DNA of 64,000 nucleotides from assembly GCA_964443295.1 (NCBI GenBank), contig CAYUCH010000001.1:57456-121455 (forward strand), written 5' to 3'. Made by a program: the position numbers and the translations under genes. Shown piece after piece: positions 57,651 to 64,000 of this stretch. Under the pieces are notes generated by a model, which was not told the DNA's origin, searched no databases, and saw nothing but the letters and a program-made list of their open reading frames with translations. Position 1 is the stretch's first letter. Every line of letters starts with the position of its first letter. Source of the stretch: an uncultured Desulfobulbia bacterium. Lineage in GTDB: Bacteria; Desulfobacterota; Desulfobulbia; Desulfobulbales; CG2-30-60-27.

Positions 57651-59378
57651 ATGAATTGCACACGTAAACTGGCAAGCAAAACGCTTGCCCTTTCACTGGT
57701 TAGTGCTTTAGCACTGCCAGCCGCGGCCTTAGCCGCTCCTTCAGCCAACGACCTGGCTGCCAAATATGATGCACTACAAAGAGAGATGGAAGAACTCAAA
57801 GCAGAAATGGAAGAGTTCAAGGGAGATACCGAAGAACAACTGGAAGCCATGGATGAAAAATCCGAAGACTGGACCCTGGCATCCCGTATTACAATCTCCG
57901 GCGATATCCGCTCACGAATTGATTGGAATGACACCAAAGTACCTGAATACTGGAATGCCCGCGAAGTTGCCGTAGCAATGCGAAATTTCCAAATGGTTAA
58001 TGAAAATTCAACGCCGGATAACATGAACACTGCGTTCAATCAATTTGCCGGAATGGCACCCACTGTTGCTGAACGTCGAGGCATGATGGCAATGGGCGGT
58101 GTTGCTGCTCAACCAGAAACAGATTATGACAATGACAGTGTTTACACCACTCGTTTACGTCTCAATTTCCGAGTGAAAGCCACTGAAAATGTGGAAGTAA
58201 AAGCCCGCCTTGTAGGATATAAACTCTGGGGCATGGATAGTCCGCTTCATTCTGAAGAAGGCATCGATGGTGTGTACAGCCCATACTTTTTGACCAGTCG
58301 TTCTTTTGACGGTACCAATGGTCGTCAGCCAGGCAACAGCGCCATCATGATGGATCGCGCTTTCATGAACTGGAACAACATCGCCGGTATGCCTTTATGG
58401 TTCTCCATCGGACGCCGCCCCACCAGTGATGGTCCTCCAGCCCACCTTCGCATGGGAATGGATAAAAGAATGGCTACCCCAATCAATTATATGGACTACC
58501 CTTTTGATGGTGTCTCCGTAGGATATGCATACGCTGCTCCATTTGACATGGAAGGATCAGGACGGGTCCGGATTTGTTACGGTCGTGGTTTTGAAGCAGG
58601 TTCCAAAGTTGATGGCGTTGGCATGAACGATGTGGACTTTGCTGGAGTGAGTTGGGATGTATATAAAAGTGGCTCCCGCTTTATCAACATCCAATCTTTT
58701 GGTGCTTTCAATATCTTCAACGTACCAGGTGACACCAATTACCCCAACCCAATTGAGATTGCTGCCAAGTATGATGAAAACACACCAAACAATCCATACG
58801 CCGATAGCGAAGACATCTACCTTGACCGTAAAAATCTTGGCAACATATACCACACCAGTGCCCTGTATCTCGACAAAGTCGGCGGTCTCAACTACTTCTT
58901 GACCGGTGGCTGGAGCCGTACCGCTGCCAAAGGAATCGACGAGTTGGGTGCAAGCCTTCTTGGTTCTTGGGGTGCTACACCAGAGGACAAGGACGGTTAT
59001 GGTGTATATTTTGGTGTACGCTACGATATGGACGAACTTGGCCTGAAACTTGGTGCTGAGTACAACTGGGGTTCTGAAAACTGGTTGGCCTTCACACCTG
59101 GCCATGATGACATGTACTCCAGCAAGCTCTACACCCGTGGTTCAGTTTACGAAGTATATATGGTATATGACCTGCCAAGCGGCGAGGCTTTCTCTAAATA
59201 CGGTAAAGCCTTCATGCGCTTAGGATATCAGCATTATTCTTATGATTACACCTACAGTGGAATGTGGCTGGGAACACCTGCTGACATTGATGATCTCGCC
59301 GATCCGCTTACCGCACAATTCTATGCCCCAATTGAAGAGATGGATCAGATCTATCTCACCTTTGAGGCAGCATTCTAA
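57651..59378 (+). CDS. outer-membrane beta-barrel protein / porin-like, with an N-terminal coiled coil (possibly DUF3373-like)
   Basis: Has a signal peptide (ALALPAAALA-AP) and a coiled coil (YDALQREMEELKAEMEEFK). Alternating aromatic/Gly-rich beta-strand patterns follow. The C-terminus is TFEAAF, with a terminal Phe. Confidence 0.6.
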   Translation: MNCTRKLASKTLALSLVSALALPAAALAAPSANDLAAKYDALQREMEELKAEMEEFKGDTEEQLEAMDEKSEDWTLASRITISGDIRSRIDWNDTKVPEYWNAREVAVAMRNFQMVNENSTPDNMNTAFNQFAGMAPTVAERRGMMAMGGVAAQPETDYDNDSVYTTRLRLNFRVKATENVEVKARLVGYKLWGMDSPLHSEEGIDGVYSPYFLTSRSFDGTNGRQPGNSAIMMDRAFMNWNNIAGMPLWFSIGRRPTSDGPPAHLRMGMDKRMATPINYMDYPFDGVSVGYAYAAPFDMEGSGRVRICYGRGFEAGSKVDGVGMNDVDFAGVSWDVYKSGSRFINIQSFGAFNIFNVPGDTNYPNPIEIAAKYDENTPNNPYADSEDIYLDRKNLGNIYHTSALYLDKVGGLNYFLTGGWSRTAAKGIDELGASLLGSWGATPEDKDGYGVYFGVRYDMDELGLKLGAEYNWGSENWLAFTPGHDDMYSSKLYTRGSVYEVYMVYDLPSGEAFSKYGKAFMRLGYQHYSYDYTYSGMWLGTPADIDDLADPLTAQFYAPIEEMDQIYLTFEAAF

Positions 59379-59446
59379 AGCCTTCCAAAGAAAGTAACCG
59401 CATGGCTTTACAAGCGGTTAAGGATTTTTCCTCCTTTCTTCCTTAT

Positions 59447-59483
59447 GAGCCGGAACCCGTTGTGGGTTCCGGCTCTTTTTTTT
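59447..59483 (+). terminator. intrinsic terminator after the outer-membrane protein gene
   Basis: GAGCCGGAACCC-gttgt-GGGTTCCGGCTC, followed by T8. Confidence 0.85.
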
Positions 59484-59675
59484 GTTTTCCACAAAGAGAG
59501 TCCAACCGGACATCCATTACTACAAAGCAGTGAAGACATCCTTTCTTCATTTGAATTTCCCAACTTTTTATGCGAACATTTATTTAAGCATATGAAACTG
59601 AAGACACATGGCTTTTGTATCTCCCCTACAGAAATTGATTAATACGAATCAGGATTCTCTTTATAACGGTGCGTA

Positions 59676-62600
59676 ATGGAAAAAAAATGCCGGAAGCTCA
59701 ACTCTCCCTGTTTTCGATCACTGAGGATCGCCTTATTTTTTGCGTTTTTTTCCGTTCTCTATATTCTCTTCTCCGACAAGCTTGTTCTCTCTCTCTTCAA
59801 GAACGTTGAAGTATTAACCACAGTACAGACCATCAAAGGCTGGATTTTTGTCCTTGTCACAGCGGTTCTCATTTTTTTTCTTCTCAAACGAGAAATCGAA
59901 AAACATCAAAAGGCTGAAGAAAAATTTCGCAGGCTGGTGGAGTCATTGGAAAGAGAATACTTTATGTATTCCCATAATACCGATGGTGTATTTGCCTATA
60001 TCAGCCCATCTATTACCAGTGTTTTGGGGTATACCCAAGAGGATTTTTTAGCCCATTATTCTGAATATATGACCGACAACCCCATTAATAAGGACGTCGA
60101 ACACCATTCCAGACAGAGTATCAAGGGTCTACAGCAACCACCATATAAGGTCGAATTATTCCATAAGAACAGTGGAGTCAGGCTTTTGGAGGTTTTGGAA
60201 AATCCAATCTTTAATGAGAAGGGCGATGTTATAGCTGTCGAAGGAATTGCTCATGATATAACCGAGCAAAAACAGGCGGAAAAGGCCCTTGCAAAAAGTG
60301 AAACTCAGTTTCGCTCCTTTATGGATAACTTTCCGGACCATGTCTATATCAAAAACAACGAGTTGAAACATATCTATGCCAATCACCGGACGCTGAGTCT
60401 GGCTCATAAACCAATAAAGGAAATTGCCGGAACTACATCCCACGATCTGTTTGCTCCGGAGGTGGCGCGGCAGCTGGAAGAATCAGATCGATTGGTCCTC
60501 AAGGAAAATCATCCCGTTGACCTGGTGTTCTCATATAAAAGTCTCACCGGCGAGAAAGGGTGGCTGCGGGATATCAAGTTCCCCATTGAAATGCCCGATG
60601 GTGAGGGCCTGCTGGGGGGAATTGCCGTTGATATCACCGAACAAAAACAAGCCCTTGAAAAACTGCAAGTCAGTGAGAGAAATTACCGTACACTTTTTGA
60701 CGCTGCCGGTGACGCAATAATTATCCGCAAGTTACCGGATGGCAGATGTGTTGATTGCAACAAGAAAGCACTGGAGATGTTACGATGTAGGTCAGACCAG
60801 ATTATTGACAAGATTCCGGGAGATATATCACCGCCAACACAAGCGGATGGCAGGGATTCACACAAGAAGGCCCAGGAAGTAATTGACGTAGTTTTGAAAC
60901 AGGGTTCCTTGACATTTGAATGGCAGCTCCAGCGATCTAATGGCGAAGTCTTTGATACTGAAGTCACCCTGACTCTCCTTGAAATCGATTCGGAGAAATT
61001 TATCCAATCGATAATTCGCGATATCTCTGAAAGAAAACAGATGGAAGATGCGCTTGCCATCAGTGAAAAAAAATACCGTACCCTTATTGATTCTGCTGCC
61101 GATGCAATACTCCTTCATAAAGCATCGAATGGCACTATAGTTGAAGTCAACAGGAAGGCATTGGATATTTTCAAATGTACTGCTGAAGAGATGATCGGTA
61201 AATCTCCAGCTGATTTTTCAGCTTCAATGCAGGCGGATGGCAGAGGCTCGTTTGAAAGGGTTCGGGAAATTGTTGCAGGTTTACCTGAGCAACAAACAAT
61301 GCATTTCGAATGGCTGCATAAACGGCATGACGGCGAGGTCTTTGACGCTGAAGTCAGTGTGAGTCTCCTTGAAACTGAATCGGATAAGTATATCCAGTCC
61401 ATCGTACGGGATATCACGGAAAGGAAGAGGCTCTACGCAGAACTGCGATATGAACGTGATTTCAATAATCTCCTGATCCACGCCTCACCAATGTTCCTGG
61501 TTACCCTTGATGGCCAGGGTAAAACCTTGATAATGAATCAGGCAATGCTAAACACCGTTGGTTACAGCCAGGAAGAGGTTTTTCACAAAGATTACATTAC
61601 ATTATTTGTTCCGAAAGAGGACCAGGAGGTTGTCAGGGAAACATTCAACAATATCGCCAAAGAAAACAAGGCCACTGTCAATGAGAATAGAGTTGTTGCC
61701 AAAGATGGCAGAGAGATCCTTGTTGAATGGCATGGCCGACCAATAATGAACAGCGATGGCGAATTCGATTTTTTCTTTGGCGTAGGAATTGATATCACCG
61801 AACGGAAACGATTGCAAAAAGAGTTGCACCAGGCCCAGAAGATGGAGGCCCTTGGGACACTCGCCGGAGGCATTTCCCACGATTTCAACAATATCCTTTC
61901 AGCAATTTTCGGCTACATTGAAATGGCAGAGATGCATATTGAGAAACCGGATAAACTTCAGAGGGATCTTGGTGAGGCGTTCAAGGGTGCTAAGCGTGCC
62001 AAGGATCTAGTAAAACAAATTCTCACCTTCAGCCGCCAGCGCGAGTTTGAAGCAAAACCAATACAACCCAGGCTGGTCATCAAGGAGGCTCTGAAACTCA
62101 TGCAACCTTCATTACCAACCTCTATTCAACTCAGGCAGGATGTCCAATCGGAAAGTCTGGTCCTGGCCGATCCGACCAATATCCATCAGGTGATCATGAA
62201 TCTCTGCACCAATGCCTACCATGCTATGGAAGGCAGGGAAGGAATGCTGGATGTAACGCTTACCGATTGTGAGCTTGATGAGAGTTTTACCAAGAGCCGA
62301 CCTGAGATTGAAACCGGCAAGTTCATCAAACTTTCAGTAAGTGACAATGGCCACGGCATGACACAAGAGACCCTTGATAAAATTTTCGATCCCTTCTTTA
62401 CCACCAAGGCAGAAGGCAAGGGTACTGGCCTTGGCCTGGCAGTGGTGCATGGTATTGTAAAAGATTGCAAAGGGACAATCACGGCCTACAGCGAATTGGG
62501 AAAAGGCACTACCTTCAATGTATTTCTCCCTGTCGTTCAAAAAGAACTGGCAGAAGAAGAGCAGGTAGCACTACAACTTCCCGAGGGCAGTGAATCCATC

Positions 62601-62957
62601 CTCTTTGTTGATGATGAAGAAGTTCTGTTGAATATTGGCGAGGAGATGCTCACAGAGCTGGGATATCAAATTGTGACCATGTCTGATCCTGTTGCAGCAT
62701 TGAATCTGTTTAAGGAGAACCCGCAGCAATTCGACATTCTGATCTCCGACATTACCATGCCGGAAATGAGCGGTGTTGAGTTGGTCAAAGAAATAAAAGC
62801 TCTTCGGCCTGATATGCCAATCATTCTGGCCACCGGTTTCAGCGCCAATATCACTGAAGATTCAATCAAGGATATCGGAGTTGCGAGACTCCTTATGAAA
62901 CCCCTCATTAAGAAAGAAATGGTCACCGCCATTCGAGAAGTGTTGGACAAAATCTAG
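59676..62957 (+). CDS. multi-PAS hybrid sensor histidine kinase with a C-terminal receiver
   Basis: 1093 aa with 2 N-terminal TM segments and at least 5 PAS blocks. Two of the PAS blocks are near-duplicates ([23 protein letters not shown] / [23 protein letters not shown]). H-box is SHDFNNIL, the HATPase domain carries [13 protein letters not shown], and the receiver is [13 protein letters not shown]. Confidence 0.9.
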   Translation: MEKKCRKLNSPCFRSLRIALFFAFFSVLYILFSDKLVLSLFKNVEVLTTVQTIKGWIFVLVTAVLIFFLLKREIEKHQKAEEKFRRLVESLEREYFMYSHNTDGVFAYISPSITSVLGYTQEDFLAHYSEYMTDNPINKDVEHHSRQSIKGLQQPPYKVELFHKNSGVRLLEVLENPIFNEKGDVIAVEGIAHDITEQKQAEKALAKSETQFRSFMDNFPDHVYIKNNELKHIYANHRTLSLAHKPIKEIAGTTSHDLFAPEVARQLEESDRLVLKENHPVDLVFSYKSLTGEKGWLRDIKFPIEMPDGEGLLGGIAVDITEQKQALEKLQVSERNYRTLFDAAGDAIIIRKLPDGRCVDCNKKALEMLRCRSDQIIDKIPGDISPPTQADGRDSHKKAQEVIDVVLKQGSLTFEWQLQRSNGEVFDTEVTLTLLEIDSEKFIQSIIRDISERKQMEDALAISEKKYRTLIDSAADAILLHKASNGTIVEVNRKALDIFKCTAEEMIGKSPADFSASMQADGRGSFERVREIVAGLPEQQTMHFEWLHKRHDGEVFDAEVSVSLLETESDKYIQSIVRDITERKRLYAELRYERDFNNLLIHASPMFLVTLDGQGKTLIMNQAMLNTVGYSQEEVFHKDYITLFVPKEDQEVVRETFNNIAKENKATVNENRVVAKDGREILVEWHGRPIMNSDGEFDFFFGVGIDITERKRLQKELHQAQKMEALGTLAGGISHDFNNILSAIFGYIEMAEMHIEKPDKLQRDLGEAFKGAKRAKDLVKQILTFSRQREFEAKPIQPRLVIKEALKLMQPSLPTSIQLRQDVQSESLVLADPTNIHQVIMNLCTNAYHAMEGREGMLDVTLTDCELDESFTKSRPEIETGKFIKLSVSDNGHGMTQETLDKIFDPFFTTKAEGKGTGLGLAVVHGIVKDCKGTITAYSELGKGTTFNVFLPVVQKELAEEEQVALQLPEGSESILFVDDEEVLLNIGEEMLTELGYQIVTMSDPVAALNLFKENPQQFDILISDITMPEMSGVELVKEIKALRPDMPIILATGFSANITEDSIKDIGVARLLMKPLIKKEMVTAIREVLDKI

Positions 62958-63229
62958 GCCGTTTCTGCAGGAGATGATCTCTTGCGCTGCCAGACCAGCT
63001 GACTGTCTTTGTGAACTTCATAGATTCTATGCATGGGTATGGAATGAATGACGCCGTCCTGGTCCATGATTTGAATGACATGGTGATCGTCCGTAGGAAA
63101 AACAACCTCTGAGAACGGAACTCTTATAATGGAGTTGAGGATCCGGTCGTAATAGCCGATCTGAAAATCTCCCTGCCCGAATTCCCTGTCCCAGCGGATG
63201 CGGCTGAGCAGTTCATGGATTGGAATCAC
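62954..63229 (-). CDS. DUF504/UPF0248-like small protein downstream of the hydrogenase gene
   Basis: 91 aa with a GTG start. The pattern LLSRIRWD ... IPMHRIYEV ... VWQR matches my memory of UPF0248. Confidence 0.5.
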   Translation of the reverse strand: MIPIHELLSRIRWDREFGQGDFQIGYYDRILNSIIRVPFSEVVFPTDDHHVIQIMDQDGVIHSIPMHRIYEVHKDSQLVWQRKRSSPAETA

Positions 63230-63232
63230 CGT

Positions 63233-64000
63233 TCAATGCACTGAACAGGAAATACAGGGATCGTAGGCCCTAACCAGCATGGAAGCCAGAAGCTCAATTT
63301 CCTCGTCACTCTTCCCTTCTCCAGCACATTTTGCCGCCAATGCTTCGATGTCCATATGAATATTGGCATGGTTCTGACTGGTGGGGATAACACAGTCGCA
63401 CTTGGTAATCTTCCCACTATCATCAAATGTATAGGAATGATAGAGAATGCCCCGTGGCACCTCAACTGCTGCCACCCCGGTTCCAGCACAAGGAGTCACA
63501 GGCTGCCGAGGTTCTTCTTGTTTTTGGTCTACAAGCTCCGCAATGAGCTCTATTGACTCCCACACTACATGCGCAACTTCCACCAATTGGGCTATATTAC
63601 ACATATAGGGATTATGATTAACCGGGTTCAACCTGAACACATGCGCTACTTCTTTCGCCTTTGTGTGGAGGAAATCAAAATTATTATTAAATCGCGCCAA
63701 TGCTCCCACTGCGAGTGCCTCCCTGGAGAGTTTGCTCCACTTTGAGGTGGACTGCTCCACGCAGTACTCATTGGTCATTGCAAGGTACTCTGCCTCCGGC
63801 TTAACGATCCCATCGGTGGAAACCAGATCTCCACCGATAAAGGGATAATGGTCCGCACCCTTCAAAGAGACAAATTCCGTCTCACGGATAAAATCCGGGA
63901 TTTTCAATGAACTGAACAGACGCACCGATCCCTCCAGATCTGCTGCTGCTGCTTCAAGACGCCTTTTAAGAAGTTCCAGTTCTCGACGATCGGGCAGCAT
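63233..64000 (-). CDS. [NiFe] hydrogenase large subunit, C-terminal 255 aa (gene continues beyond the window)
   Basis: Carries VEVPRGILYH and the C-terminal Ni-binding motif DPCISCSVH, immediately followed by the stop. The ORF is open to the window edge. Confidence 0.85.
   Translation of the reverse strand: MLPDRRELELLKRRLEAAAADLEGSVRLFSSLKIPDFIRETEFVSLKGADHYPFIGGDLVSTDGIVKPEAEYLAMTNEYCVEQSTSKWSKLSREALAVGALARFNNNFDFLHTKAKEVAHVFRLNPVNHNPYMCNIAQLVEVAHVVWESIELIAELVDQKQEEPRQPVTPCAGTGVAAVEVPRGILYHSYTFDDSGKITKCDCVIPTSQNHANIHMDIEALAAKCAGEGKSDEEIELLASMLVRAYDPCISCSVH

Overview
The window is a gene-dense chromosomal segment, about 60 CDS and 4 tRNAs. It looks like an anaerobic, sulfur- or metal-respiring Desulfobacterota (Desulfobulbales-like) genome. 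That guess rests only on gene content: selenocysteine use, multiheme cytochromes, NrfD-type complexes, an 11-subunit nuo operon, a small sulfite reductase and a cytoplasmic-type [NiFe] hydrogenase.

Layout:
- 1-17 kb: housekeeping genes. These are tRNA-Glu/Lys, gatB, radC, hemW, radA, zwf-pgl-glk, tRNA-Ser x2 and rsgA, interleaved with three GGDEF diguanylate cyclases.
- 18-25.5 kb: an orphan NrfD-like protein with a MerR regulator, then an ArsR-controlled permease and thiol-redox relay operon.
- 26.9-37 kb: nuoA-(B-C fusion)-D-H-I-J-K-L-M-N, with no nuoEFG.
- 39-44.6 kb: a cytochrome c / FeS / NrfD module and a membrane multiheme cytochrome.
- 44.6-53.8 kb: a sigma-54-centred regulatory island.
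- Right end: moaA, arsC, a Fur-family regulator, a porin-like outer-membrane protein, a large multi-PAS hybrid kinase, and the 3' end of a [NiFe] hydrogenase large-subunit gene.

Most notable observations:
1. Three near-identical sigma-54 promoters (TGGCAT-N5-TTGCAA) sit upstream of a membrane multiheme cytochrome, an ftsH-kinase pair, and a tandem array of four small paralogous membrane-protein genes. They lie next to an NtrC-type activator and a hybrid kinase. Two TGCAACA-rich repeat clusters are candidate enhancers.
2. A rhodanese/ferritin-like fusion gene has an in-frame TGA at the catalytic Cys position, followed by a SECIS-like hairpin.
3. A G10 homopolymer splits a membrane PAS-PAS-GGDEF gene.

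I recognised no CRISPR arrays, rRNA genes or mobile elements.
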